A DNA stretch of 64,000 bases from Scenedesmus sp. PABB004 (lineage: Eukaryota). Under the pieces are notes generated by a model. It saw nothing but the letters and a program-made list of their open reading frames with translations. It had not been told where the DNA came from and searched no databases. Each line of letters starts with the position of its first letter. The stretch's first letter is position 1. The stretch lies in NCBI GenBank assembly GCA_014905635.1, contig JABVCE010000010.1, forward strand, positions 248,001-312,000, given 5' to 3'. The translations under genes and the position numbers were made by a program. Below are positions 50,475 through 62,641 of this stretch, one piece after another.

Positions 50475-51533
50475 AGGGGTGCGTGCCGCGTCGCGCGGCG
50501 GCGGCAGGGGTTGCGCGCCGCGCCGCGCGGCGGCCCGCGCCGGCGACCGCGCGCGCGCGCCGGCGCGCGGCCGCCGCCCCCGCCGCGCCGCGCGCCGCAC
50601 CACATGACGCCGACCTTGGTCGCGTCGCCGGCGGTGATGTCTTCGATGACAAAGACAAGGTCATCCGGCGCGTAGCGCCGCACCTGGCGGGGAGGTGAGG
50701 AGGGGTGGGGGCAGGGGCGTTCAAAAATTTCAAACGCGCCGCGCCGTCACGGTGTGGACGCCCGCGCACGAACGAGAGCGCTCGGCCGCGCGGCGCGCGC
50801 GGCACCGGCGCGGCGGCGCGCCTTGCGCAGCCAGGCCATCACGCCCGCGCGGCCCTCGTGCGGCTCCTCGTAGACCAGGTCATGGTAGCTGATGTCATCT
50901 AGTCAGGGGTGGGGCAGGCAGATGTCTCAGGGGCGCTCGTGAGCGCTCGCAGGCGCTCTGCCGCAGTGGGCGCGCGTGCCCTCCCGGCGGCCTGCGCGGG
51001 CGGCGCCGCGCCCGCCGGCCCGCGCGGCCCGCCCGCCCACCGGCGATGAGGCGCTCGATGGTCTCCAAGTCGCGGACGTTGTACGCAGCATAAAACGCAC
51101 GCACCACGTCGGCGCCGCGCAGCGCCGCGAGGTCGGCCGGCGCGGCGGGCGGCGCCTGTCGCGCCGCCGCGCCGGCGGCACTGGCGGGCTGGCGCTGCCG
51201 CAGCCGGCCGCCGCTGCTGCTGCCGGCGCCGCCGGGTGTGCAGAGAGGCCACCTGCGGCAGCCGCCGACGCGGGCGCCGCCGAGCGCCGCCGGCCGCGGC
51301 GCGGGGGCGCGCAGTGCCTGCGACGACGTGTGGCAGCGGGCGGCGGGTCGGCACGCGCCGGCGGGCGAGCGGGCGCGGCGAGCGCGGCAGCAGCAGCTCG
51401 GCGTGCACGGCGCCATCGACCCGCGCGCAGGCGGCGCCGCGGCCGCCGGCGCCCGCTGCGCCGGGGCGCGGCGCGCGGCGCCGCTGCTGCCGCGCACCTG
51501 CGCGCCCGCCCGGGCTCGCAGCAGCGCCGCCAT
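48302..51533 (-). CDS. NTF2/SnoaL-like domain fused to a multi-pass membrane domain, probably plastid-targeted
   Basis: VVRAFYAAYNVRDLETIERLIA|DDISYHD, VGVMW|HVE..FPFSRGCSF, RDVVEPAAKPG; then EAVFNFVLGWALMFLP, MFLTN|VFFIPFMALR, LVPYFGLAGWL. Confidence 0.8.
48911..48931. repeat. Short interstitial telomere-type repeat (GGGTTTA)n in an intron
   Basis: cagggtttagggtttagggt; reads CCCTAAA in gene sense just before the acceptor. Confidence 0.7.
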
Positions 51534-51565
51534 GTGTGTTCGAAGACAGCGCGCTCCTGCAGTGG

Positions 51566-51601
51566 GCGCGCAGTGAGGCTGCGCGCAGTGAGGCTGCGCG
51601 C
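51566..51601. repeat. 15-bp tandem repeat in a divergent promoter region
   Basis: GCGCGCAGTGAGGCT twice plus a partial copy, between ATGs at 51533(-) and 51816(+). Confidence 0.7.
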
Positions 51602-51815
51602 CCACGGCGGCGGTGCGGCGGGCCCCGCGCAGCTGAGCCCGCGGCTCTGCGCCGCGGTCTGGCGCAGAGCCGTCGCGTGCCCCAGCGCCCACGCGCTCAC
51701 GCCCACACGCTTGTAGCTGTGTCGAGCGCCGCCGGCTGCGGGCCTGCGCAGGAGCAGCGCCGCAACCGCCGCGCGCGCCGCTGCTGTCGCTGCTGCTGCC
51801 GCGCCCGCCGCAACG

Positions 51816-53634
51816 ATGGCTGCGCCGCCATCCGCCTGGATATTCGACCTGGACGGCCTCCTGCTGGACACCGAGTCGCTGTGCGTGACAGCGGCCGAGA
51901 CGGTGCTCGCGCGGCACGGCGCCCGCCTGAACAAGGGTGCGCGAGCACAGCGGCGGCCGCCGCCGCGCCGCGGCCGCGGGCGCCGACGCGCCCGGCGCGC
52001 ACGCCCGCAGAGGCGCAGCGCGCGGCGCTGGGCAAGCGGCCGCTCGACTGCTGGCGCGACGTCGCGGCGGTGCTTGGCCTGGACGTGCCGGCGCAGCAGC
52101 TGTTTGACGAGACGGAGCCGCTGCTGCAGGCGCGGTGCGTGCGGGCGCGGCGCGGCGCACGGGCGTGCAGCAGGCGCGGCCCTGGCGGGCTGGCAGCCGC
52201 GCCCGCCCGCGCCCACCCGCCCACCCGCCCGCGCCGCCGCCGCAGCTGGGCGGACGTGCGGCCGCTGCCCGGCGCGCGGCGGCTGCTGGAGCACCTCGCG
52301 GCGTGCGGGGCGCGCGTGGGAATCGCCACGAGCACCAGCCGCGCCGCGTTTGACCGAAAGCTGGCGAACAAGCCCTGGCTGCGCGCGCTCGTGCAGGCGG
52401 TCGTGTGCGGCGATGAGGTGCGCTGCGCGGCCGGCGCCACCACGGGCGCGGCGCGGCGCGGCGCGGCCGACGCCCGACGCCGACCCCGCGCGCGCTGCGC
52501 CGCCGGCAGGTCGCGGCGGGCAAGCCGGCGCCAGACGTGTTTGTCGCCGCGGCGGCAGCGCTGGGCGTGGCGCCGGAGGCGTGCCTCGTGTTTGAGGACG
52601 CGCCCAGCGGCGTGGAGGGCGCGGTGGCGGCGGGCATGCGCGTCGTGGTCGTGCCGTCGCTGCTGGAGGCGCGGCAGGAGTACGAGCCGTCGACGGCGGA
52701 CGGCCCCGGTGCGGCGCGTGCGGCGCGCGCGGCTCGCCCCTCGCGCCAGCCGCGCGAGCGCGCCCGCGCCGACGCCGCCGCGCGTGCCCGTGCACGCCGC
52801 CGCCGCCGCCAGGCGTGGCGCAGGTGCTTCCGTCGCTGCTCGCGTTTGAGCCGGCGCGGTACGGCCTGCCGCCGTTTGGCGACGTGATCGCCGGCGTCAT
52901 CCCGCTCGACAGGCCGCTGCCGATCAAGGGCCCCGTGGTCAAGGGCTTCGGCCGCGGCAGCAAGGAGCTCGGCATCCCGACCGCCAACGTCGACGCCGAC
53001 GCGCTGCGCGGGACGATCGCCGAGGCGGTCACCGGCATCTATTGCGGCTTCGCCAGCGTCGGCACGAGCGCAGACGTGCACCCGATGTGCATGAGCATCG
53101 GTGAGGCGGGCGTGCATGTGTGCCGCCGGCGGGCCCGGGCCGCGGCGCCGCGCCGTGGCGCCGGCGCGGCGGCGGCGCGCCCCGCCCACGCGCGCGCGCC
53201 CCGTCCACGCGCACGCCCCGCCCCCGCCGGCGCATGCTGCAGGTTTCAACCCTTTTTTTCAAAATCAGGAGAAAACGGCGGAGCCCTGGGTGCTGGCCGA
53301 GTTTGCGGAGCCCTTTGTGGGCCAGGAGATCCGCCTGCTTGTGTGCGGGTACATCAGGCCGGAGGCCGACTTTGTGTCCCTGGAGGCGCTCGTGGCGCGC
53401 ATCCACGAGGACGGCCGCGTCAGCCGCGCCGCGCTCGCGCAGCCGCCGCTCGCGGCGCACGCGGCAGACCCCTGCCTGGCGCCGGGCGAGACCGCGGCGG
53501 CGGCGGCTGCGGCGGTGGCGGCGGCGGCGGCTGCGGCGGCGGCGCTGCCGGTTGGCGAGGGCGACGCGGTGGAGGCGGCGGGGGACGACCCGCTGGGCGC
53601 CGCGCCGGAGGTGGAGGTCGCCGCGACGTGCTGA
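51816..53634 (+). CDS. FHY: Bifunctional FMN phosphatase (HAD) / riboflavin kinase, spliced
   Basis: IFDLDGLLLDTE, GKPAPDVF, LVFEDAPSG, GPVVKGFGRGSKELGIPTAN, MSIG|FNPFF, GYIRPEADF. Confidence 0.95.
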
Positions 53635-53689
53635 TCTCGGTCGGACCACGCGCTGGCACGCAGCGGTGCGGGGCCGCAACCCCGTAAGG

Positions 53690-53694
53690 TTACA
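53690..53694 (-). promoter_or_regulatory. TGTAA polyadenylation signal for RPN1
   Basis: TTACA on the + strand downstream of the RPN1 stop at 53857. Confidence 0.45.
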
Positions 53695-53856
53695 GCCGCG
53701 CCCCTGTGCACCCGGCCCGGCCGCCCCGCCCCGCCTGCAGCTACGCGCCCGCCCCGCTCGCCGGCCCCTCCCGCCGCCGCGCGCCCGGTCGCGGCGCGCG
53801 CCCAGCGCGCGCGCTCAGCTCGCCTCAGCTCGCCTCCGCTCGGCTCTGCTCGAGCG

Positions 53857-56800
53857 TCACTCGGCGGCCTCCACGTAGTCCGGGTTGGGTTTGAGGATGA
53901 CGACGCCCTCCAGCACGGGGCTCAGCGGCAGGTACTGCTCGCTGCCCAGCTCCGCGCGCTCGCCCGCGGCCATGAGCACCGGCGTGGTGTGCGTCTGGAA
54001 GCCTGCGGGCGCGGCAGCGCGCGGCGGCAGCGCGCGGACGCGTGGGCCATGGGGGCGCCGGGTCGCCGCGGTCGGCGCGCGCCGCGCTCTGCGCCGCGGC
54101 CGAGCCCCCGCCGCACCCGTGATGGTCTTGGGCCGGCCCGCCTGCGCGACGACGTCGACCGCCTGCCCCAGGCGCACGGGCACGCTGAGCGGCGCGCCGG
54201 CCGCGTCCACGGTGAGCAGCATGCGGGGCTTCATCGCGGCAGCAAGGCAGTAGAGCAGGTAGTGGTGCTTTCCGCACAGCGTGGCCTTGAGCTCCGTCGC
54301 GGCGGTCAGCACAGACAGGATGCCCGCCAGCGCGACGCCTGGCGCCCGGCGGCAGAGGCGGCAGAGGCGGCGGCGCGCGGCGCGTGGGGGGCGTCGAGCG
54401 GGGCGCGCGCGGCGCAGCGGCGGCGGCCGCCCGCCCGCCCGGCCCCCCAGGGCACACACCGTGCCCCCCCCTCCCCCACACACAAACACACGCACCCGAG
54501 AGCAGCTGGCGGTCGGTGTGGTAGGGCGACAGCCCGATGAGCCCCTTGCCCATGTGCGCGAGGCCCTGCGCCACGCGCACCAGGAAGAGCAGGCTCGGCT
54601 CCTTGGCGTAGTAGGTCGCGAGGCCGCGCAGGATGCCGGCGAGGCGCGCGTTGTTGGTGCCGCCGCCGACGAGGCCGAGCGCGAGCACCGCCGCCTGCGC
54701 GACCTGGGCGACGACGACGCGGACGCGCGGCGCGGGGCGGGGCGCGGTGAGGCGACGCGGGGCGGGGCGGGGGAGGCGACGCGGGGCGCGGCGAGGCTGC
54801 GCACAGCGGCGCGGCGCAGCGCGGCATGCCGGCATGCGGCAGCAGCGCGCGGCAGCGTCGCGCGGCGTGCGGCCGCGCACCTCTGTGTCTGCGTCGTGGC
54901 TGAGCCGGCTGAGCGCGTCGACGACCTGCTGCCCCGGGTCGCTGATGTTGAGCAGCGCGAGCGCGAGCGGCACCGCGCGCCGCGCCGGCGGCTCGCCGTA
55001 CTGCAGCAGGTGCTCCAGCATGCGGCTCGCCATGCTCGACCCGATCGGCTCCGCCATGGCGATGAGGCCCAGGCCCAGCACCGCGGGCGCCTGGTGCAGC
55101 GTCTGCGCGACGCGGAGGCGGGCGGGCGGCGCGGCACAGCGCTCGTGGGCGCGGCGCGGCGCGCGGGCGGGCGAGCAATCGCGCGCAGGACGGCCCGCGC
55201 CGGGAGAGTGCGGCGGCGCCTCCCTCGCTGCGCCCGCCTGGCTGCGCGGGCCGCCGCACCTTCCACGCGGTCGCCTCCTCCGTCTCCACGTGCTCCCCGC
55301 GAGCGCGAGCAGCTCCTGCACCTTGAGCACGTTGCCGCTGCCCGCGTAGGCGAGGGAGTCGAGGCTCACCTGCGCGTAGCGGCTCACGCTCTCGTGCAGC
55401 GTCTTGGCGATCTGCGGCGGCCGGCGCGGCACGGCGGCGGTCGGTCATTGCTGGCGAGCGCCGCGGCGCTCGCACCGGCTGCCAGCGCGCCGGGCTGGGC
55501 CGGCCGCTGGCTCGTCAGCGGGGCGCGCTGTGCGCCGCGCGGCGGCGCCGGACCTCGAGCGTCGGCTCCACCAACTCCTGCTTGCCCAGGAATAGCAAGC
55601 CCAGGCCGAGCACCAGGAACTTGGCCCACGGCGACGCGAGCTCCGCCTCGCCCCTGGCGCACGCGCGGGGCGCGCGCGGGGGACGGCGTCGGGCCGCGCG
55701 CGCGGCGGCGGGGTGCGCGGCGGCGCGCGCGCCGCTCCCGAGGCAACAGCGCGCGCAGCACGCAGCACGCGGCGCGGCGCCAGCCCCCTCGGTGCGTTGT
55801 GTGTAGTCACGCAGCTCGCGTCCCGCCGCCCCCCTCACCTGGACATGAGCGCGGTGAGCAGGGCCTCAGCGACCTCCTCCTTGGCGCTGCTGGTGAAGAC
55901 GAGGCCCAGCGCGAGCGCCGCGAGGCCCGCGCCCTCCATGGGCACGTCGCTGTCCAGCACCTGGGGCGGCACGCGGGGGGCGGCGCGGCAGTCCAGCGCT
56001 GGGCGCTGGGCGCGCGGCGCGGGCGCGGAGCAGGCCGCGGGCGCGCAGGCGCGCAGGCGCGCGCAGGTGCGCGGCGCAGGCGCCGCACCAGCGGCACGAG
56101 CAGCTCCTGCACCTCCTCGCGCTGCGTGCCCGCGTATGCGAGGCCGAGGCCCAGGATCGCGCCCGAGCGCACGCCCGGGTCGGCGTGGGACACGTACTCG
56201 CTGATGAGCGCAAACGCTGCGTCGCGGGGAGGGAGAGGGGTTGAGGTTCAGGGGGAGCGGGCGGGGCACACGGGGCGGGCGGCGGGCGGCGGCCACACGC
56301 CGGGCCCAGCCCCCACAGCCGGCGCGGCGGCGGCGGCGCGGCGCGGCGCACCCGGGTCGTTCTCGTTCTGCACGCCGCAGTTGACCACGCCGATCGCGAG
56401 CAGCGCGCCCGCGACGACGGCGTTGTCGCTGGCGTAGAGGTACTTGTCGATGAGCGGCAGCCCGCCCTCGACGTCCCACAGCGCGATGAGGCCGAGGCTC
56501 GCCGTCGCGCTGGTCTTGCCGTGGTCCTTGTTCTTGAAGATCCAGTGCACTGCGTGTCACAGGCGGACGCGGGAGGCGGAGGGCGGGCGGCGCAGCGAGG
56601 GAGGCGGGAGGGAGGCGGTGTGGGTGGAGGGCAGCGGCGAGCGTGCGTGCGTGCACGCGTGTGCGCGTGGGAGCGCGCGCGCGCGGGCGCGGCGGCCGTG
56701 CGGCAGCGCGGCGGGGCGGCGCAGGGCGGGGCGGCGCGGGGCGGGGCGGCGCGCGCCGCACCCGCGTCGGCGCCGGAGCCCTCGGCCGCGGGCGTGACGA

Positions 56801-58785
56801 GCTTGTCGGTGCCGAAGCCGGCGTTGACGAAGGCGTTGACAAACGTGGCCGCGAGGTTGGCGCGCGCGCTGTCCAGCGCGGCGCCCGCCGGCGCGCGCCC
56901 GTCTGCGCGCGCGGGGCGGGGGCCGGGGGTCGGCGCGGGCGCAGCAGCGTGCCGGGAACTCGGCACGCGCGCGCGCGCGGCGGGCCGTGAGCACGCGGCG
57001 CCGCCTCAGCAGCTGCCCCACTCACCGCTGAGGTGTGACTTGTAGACGTCCTCCGGGACCTTTGGCTCCATGACGTCCAGGTCGCGCGCGAGCGCGAGGA
57101 AGTGCTCGCTCAGCCGGCTGTTGCTGATGACCTCACGCAGCGCGTCGCGCTCCTCGTCGTCCTGCGAGCACGCGCGCGCGCGCGCGCGGCGCGGCGCAGC
57201 GCGACGGCGGCGGCAACGCGGCGCCGCCGTGCAGCGCAGCGGGGGGGGGGGGGGGGGGGGGGCTGCCCGTGCGGCGCTGCGCTGCACACAAGCAGCGACG
57301 CAGCGCGGCGGCGTCACCTCCACCGCGGCGGCGCCCTCTTCGAGGTTGAGCGCGAGCCAGCCGTGCCGCGCGAGCAGGTAGCCGAGCTGCCGCTTCTCCA
57401 GCGGGTCGGCGCACGCCGCAAACGTCGCCTCGACCAGCTCGGCGTCGTTCAGCCGCAGCGACACGCGCAGCGCGTCGTGGTAGCGGCCGTGCGACATGTA
57501 GATGCGCCGCGCGAGGCGCAGCACCTGCGCGCGCGGGCGACGCGCCGCGGCGCACCGGGTCGGCCGGGGGCTGCCGCCGCCGCTGGCCGCCGGCCGCCGC
57601 CGCTGCAGGCGCGCCCGCGCTGCTGCTCCGTGCCTCCCGCGCCGCGCGCCGCCCCAGCAGCCGCCCCGCGCCGCGCCTGCATGTCCTCCGGCTCCGGCAG
57701 GTAGGTGCAGCAGGAGGTGAGGTAGAGCGCGGTGCGGGCAAAGTTCTTCTCGTCCACGTACGCCTCCAGCGACTCCAGCTGCTCCACCTCCAGCAGCAGG
57801 TCGACCGCCTCCGGCTCTGCGCGGGCGCGGCGGGTGCGGCGGGCGCGGCGGGCGCGGCGGCGCGCGTCGGCCGCAGGGCTGCGCCGCGCCGCCGGCCAAC
57901 CGCCGCCAACCGCCGCCAACCGCCGCCGCGCGGCCGCGCGCGCGCGCGCGTCCGCGCCCGCCGCGGCGCCGCCGCCGCATGCGTGCCGCATGTGCCCCTC
58001 CCCCCCGCCGCCGCGCCGGCGCGCGGCGGGGCGCACCCGCGTTGTGCGTCATGTGGTAGGGCACGATCTGCGTGACGAGGTGCATGAGGTCGTCCGTGGG
58101 CTGCCCCTCGGCGGCGCGGAGCCGGAACTCGGCGGCGATCTCGCCCGCCAGGTGGCGCATGTACTCGTGCCCCCAGCTCGCGAGGTCGTCGGTCGTGCCC
58201 GCGAGCTTGTAGCGCAGGCCCTCGCGCTCGCCCTCCTTGCCCGCGACGGTGCTGGTGAGCAGGGAGAGGACGTCGGCGAGCGCCGCGCGGTTGGGCCCCG
58301 GCGGCGCGGCGTCAAAGACCGCGACGAGCGCGTCGAGGTGGGGGCGCAGGAACTTGAGCGGCTTGGGCACCGCCGTCATGCTGGACGTCGTGGAGTGGAT
58401 CTCCTTGGTCAGCGCGTCGAGCGCGGCCTTGGCGACGCCGGGCGACGCGTCGCCGACGCGCTCGACCAGCAGCTCGATGTTCTTCTTCAGCTCCAGGTCC
58501 TCCTCGCTCAGCTCCGCGTCGGGGTCCTCCTTCTTGCCCTTGGCGCCCTGCGGGCGGAGGCCGGCGCGCGGCGCGCGACCCGGCGCGGCGCGGCAGCGGC
58601 GGCGGCCCGCGTCGGCGCGCCGCGGCGCCGCCGGGCGGCTGCTGAGGCCCAGGCTGGCGCCCGGCCCCGCAAGCCTCCAGGGGCCGTCCCCGGACGCCGC
58701 CCGGCGCGCCGGCGCCCACCTTTGCGTCCGCCTTGGCATCGCCCTTGCCCTCGCCCGCCTGCTTGTCCTCCTGGGGCACCGCCAT
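53857..58785 (-). CDS. RPN1: 26S proteasome regulatory subunit RPN1 (PSMD2), spliced, with an apparent frameshift near 55297
   Basis: [73 protein letters not shown]. Confidence 0.97.
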
Positions 58786-59289
58786 GGCGCCCCGCGGCTT
58801 GACGAGGTGGCCGAGCGCCCCGGCTCACCCAGGCGCGCGCTGCCTGGGCCGCTGGCCGCCCGGCGGCAGCGCTGCGCGCGGGACTGCACTGATGGCCGGC
58901 CCGCCCTGCTGCTGCGGCGCGCCACGCGGTCCTGGATCGGTCGGACGCGCTGATCAGAGGGGTCGTCGATCGCGTGTGGGCGCTGGCGAGGCGTGGCGCA
59001 CGCCAGGCGGCATGAGGCGAGGCGGTCGAAGCGGTTGAGCTTCGAGCGCGGTTCGACGCGTCCGTTCTCCCTCGCGTCCCGACGCCCAGCCAGTCCCCGC
59101 CCCGCCCACACCGCACACGCTGCGGCGTGGCGCGGCGCCACGCCCTCGCGCGCGCCGGCGGCGGGCAGCAGCAGCGGCAGCGAGCGGCGCGAGAGCTCTG
59201 CGCGCGGCGGCGGCGTGGGGCGGCGCGGCTGGCGCAGCAGCAGTGGCGGCGTCGGCAGCAGCGGTCGACGGCTGCGCGGCTGGGGAGGG

Positions 59290-61491
59290 ATGGCGTCGCT
59301 GCTGCTCGACGCGCGCGACGGCTCGCTCGCCTGGCCGCCGGTGCTGGCCCTCGCGGCGGCGCCGCTGACCGCCGACGTCGTGTCCGCGCTCAAGGAGCGG
59401 CTGAAGAGCGAGAGCACGCAGGTCGTGCTCAACACGCTCACCGTGAGCGCGCGAGCGCCGCAGGCCACGCCCGCAGCTGCCAGCGCGCGGCTGCGCCGGA
59501 GCTGCCCGCAGCTGCCCGTGCGCCCGCGCCGCGCCGCGCGCCCACGCCGCCCGCGCCGGCGCAGGCGCTGCACACGCTGTCGCTCAACGCGCCGCGCCCA
59601 GCGCGCGACGGCCTGCTGCTGAGCAAGCTGGCGAAGCACCTCGAGCGCCTGCTCAACCGCCCGCCCTTCCCCGGCGTCGAGGCCGCGGCGGCGCAGCTGC
59701 TGCTCGACTGGGCGTTCCTGTTTGGGTGCGCGCGCGGCGCGGCGCGCGGTGCACCGGCGGCGGCGCAGGCGCGCGCGCGCGCGCTGGCGGCAGGCGCCGA
59801 CTGCGCGCCGACTGCACGCCGCTGCCGCCCGCCGTCCGCGGCGCAGCGGCGAGGAGCTGGGCCGCCGCTCGTTCCATATGCTCACCAACACCAGCAAGCA
59901 CCGGGCGATGCTGCAGGGCATGCAGGCGTCCGACGTGGCGGTGATGCTGCGCGAGGACGGCAAGCTGGGGCTGCCCCGCGTCGCGGCGGTCACGCGCGGC
60001 CTCGACTTTGCCCGTCACTTTGCGGCGCTCGCGAGCCCGCTCACGGGCGCGCCGCCGCCGCCGAGCGTGCTCTCCTACCTCGCCCGAGCCGCGGTCGCCG
60101 CGTCCTACAGCGGCGACGCCGGCGCCGCGGCGGCGGCCGCCGCGGCGTCGCGCAACACGTTTGCCGCCTGGGCGGAGCGCGTGGTGGCCAACCCCCAGGC
60201 CGCGGCGCAGCGGGTGCTCGCCGCGGCCGCGGGCGTGGAGAACGACACGCGCGCCCTCGCAGCCGCGCAGGCGGCGGTGCTGGGCGCGGCGCGGCGCTAC
60301 GTGCGCGCGCCGGCTCCGCGCGGCGCCGCCGCCGCGGCGCGGCCCGAGGCGGACAGCGAGCTGCGGCACGAGCTCGACAAGGCGTACCTGGTTGCCTGCA
60401 AGGTCACCGAGTGGCGGGAGATGATCCAGGTGCTGGTGCAGCACCCGCTCGGCGACGGCGGGCGGCAGCTCTCCGCGCTGCTGGGCCTGGCGGACGCGGT
60501 GAACGCGACGCTCGAGGCGTGGCAGGCCGCGGCGAGCACCGAGCTGTTCTGGCTGCTCGGCGTCAACACCGCGGGCCTTGCCGACGGCAGCCTGCTGCCG
60601 GCCATCGTGCCCGGCGGCGCGGGCGCCGACGCGGGCGCGGGGCCGCCGCGCGAGGGCGCGGCGGCGGCGCAGGAGCCGCCGCAGCCGGGCTCGCGCGGCA
60701 GCGGCGTGCGGCAGTCGACGGGCGGCGCGCTCACGCGCGGGAGCTACCTCGACCTTCTGACCGGCGACGCGCTGCCGTTGAGCAGCGGCAGCACGCCAAA
60801 CCCCTTCCTCACGCCCCTGCCGCCGCCGCCGGGCGCAGCGGGCGCGGGCGCTGCCGCGGCGCCGGGCGTGCCGCCTGAGGTGCAGGGGTACCTCGCCGAG
60901 GCGCTCGGCCTCAGCGGCGGCGCCGCGGCGGGGTGCGCCGTCCCTGCGGTGCCGCAGCCGCTGCATCAGCAGGCGGCGGCGCAGCAGGCGGTGCAGCAGG
61001 CGGGTCAGCAGCAGCAGGCGGGTCAGCGGCACGAGGCGGTGCAGCAGCAGCAGCAGCAGCAGCAGGCGGGTCAGCAGCAGCCGCCGCCCTGGCCCAGCAT
61101 AGCGCCCGCTCCAGGGCTCGCAGGGCCGCCCACGCAGGGCTCGCTGCCGGGCCGCTCGCCAGCGTGGGCAGCAGCAGCGCGGCGGCGGGGGCGCACCGCT
61201 GCGCGCAGGCAGCACGGGCGGCGCCCGCGCGCCCGCGGCGCCCGGGCAGCGCCCGCCGGCGCTGGCGACACAGGCAGCTCGGGCGACAGCGCGGCGGGGG
61301 CGCCGAACTACGTCAACCCTTTCGCTGCGCTGGACACCAGCAGCATCATGGCCGGCCTGCGGCTCGGCAGCCCCCACGCCCCGGGCGGCGGCGGCGGCGG
61401 CGGCGCCGGCGCGGCCACCCCCGGCTCGCCGGGGCAGCAGCAGCGGTGGCAGGCGCAGCAGACGGCGCTGCTGGCGCGCAAGCGCGAGCCC

Positions 61492-61523
<32 letters not shown>

Positions 61524-61923
61524 TGCGGCCGGCGCTACGGGCGTGGCGCCTGCGCCTGTCGTGCAGTCGCACGGCAGCCTCAGCGGCAGCCTCAGCGGCA
61601 GCCTCAGCGGCAGCAGCCAGCCGCCGCCGCCCCTGCTGGCACCGCCGCCGAGCGCCGAGCTGCAGCACCGGCTGGCGGCGGTGCTCGCGGCGCACGGCGC
61701 CTGCCGCGCGTGCGCCGCGCCGGCGGCGCCGGGCCTCGCGTCCGCGCTGGCGCAGCTGCTCGGCGCGGTCGCGGGCGAGGGCGAGCAGCGCCTCGCCGCG
61801 GCGGTGGCAGCGCACGCGCGCGAGGTGGAGGAGCTCAAAGCCACCGCGGTGCGGCGGTTCAAGGAGCTGCAGGCGGAGCTGGCCGAGGCACGCGGCGCCG
61901 GCGCGGCGCGGCCCGGCGCGTGA
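59290..61923 (+). CDS. VHS-like/GAT-like trafficking adaptor (TOM1/TOL-like)
   Basis: VVSALKERLKSESTQVVLNTLT|ALHTL...LLLDWAFLFG (VHS-like); LLGLADAVNATLEAW (GAT-like); two NPF motifs and one LDLL motif. Confidence 0.6.
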
Positions 61924-62641
61924 GAGCGGCGCACGCGCACGCGTAGCAACGCTCCGGTTACCGCACGGCAGAAGGAGCAGCAGTTCGCCACGCGCCCGCG
62001 CCCGCGCACGCCCGCTCGACGCGCGCCGCCGCGCCGCGGCCAAGCGCAGCCAGCCGGCGGCGCCGCCACCCGCGCCCGAGCCGCATGCCCCCGTCCACCG
62101 TCACCTCCGCCACAGTGCGGGTCAGCATTTCACTGGCCGCCCGTCTCCCAGGCGCCGCGCCGCGGGCGCGCTCGACCGGCCGCGCGCGCGCGGCGGGAGC
62201 GGGCCAGGCCGGCGCGGACGCCTGGCGCGCGCACCGCGCCGCCCCTACGACGGACCCCGCCGCCCGCCCGCCCTGCAGCGCTGCCGTGCAGCACGCAAGC
62301 ACACCGTCGCCACCCCCCAGCCCGGCACGGCAGCCCGCCCGGTCCGTTCAAGCCCCCGCCCCTCCCCCGTGTCATGCCGAGTCGGCGAGGCACACCGCGG
62401 CGCGCAGCTCACGCTGCGCGCCGCCGCCTCGCATCGCCTCCCGCGGCCGGCCGCGGCGGTCGGGCCCCGGCCGGCGCAGCAGCCGGGGCGCGTCAGTCCC
62501 GTCAGGCAGCGCCGGCCCGCCCCCCGCCGCCCGTGTGCCGCCTGTCCGCGCGCGGCGCGGCGCCGCGGGGGCCGCTGCCGCCGCAGCCCGGCCCCCGCCG
62601 CGCGCGTCGGCGCACATGCGCGCGCGCGCACGCCCGCCCGC

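Noticed and set aside
41087..53634. Possible metabolic cluster (HemD, methyltransferase, NTF2 protein, riboflavin kinase)
   Set aside because: The genes belong to unrelated pathways and are interspersed with other genes; no evidence of co-function
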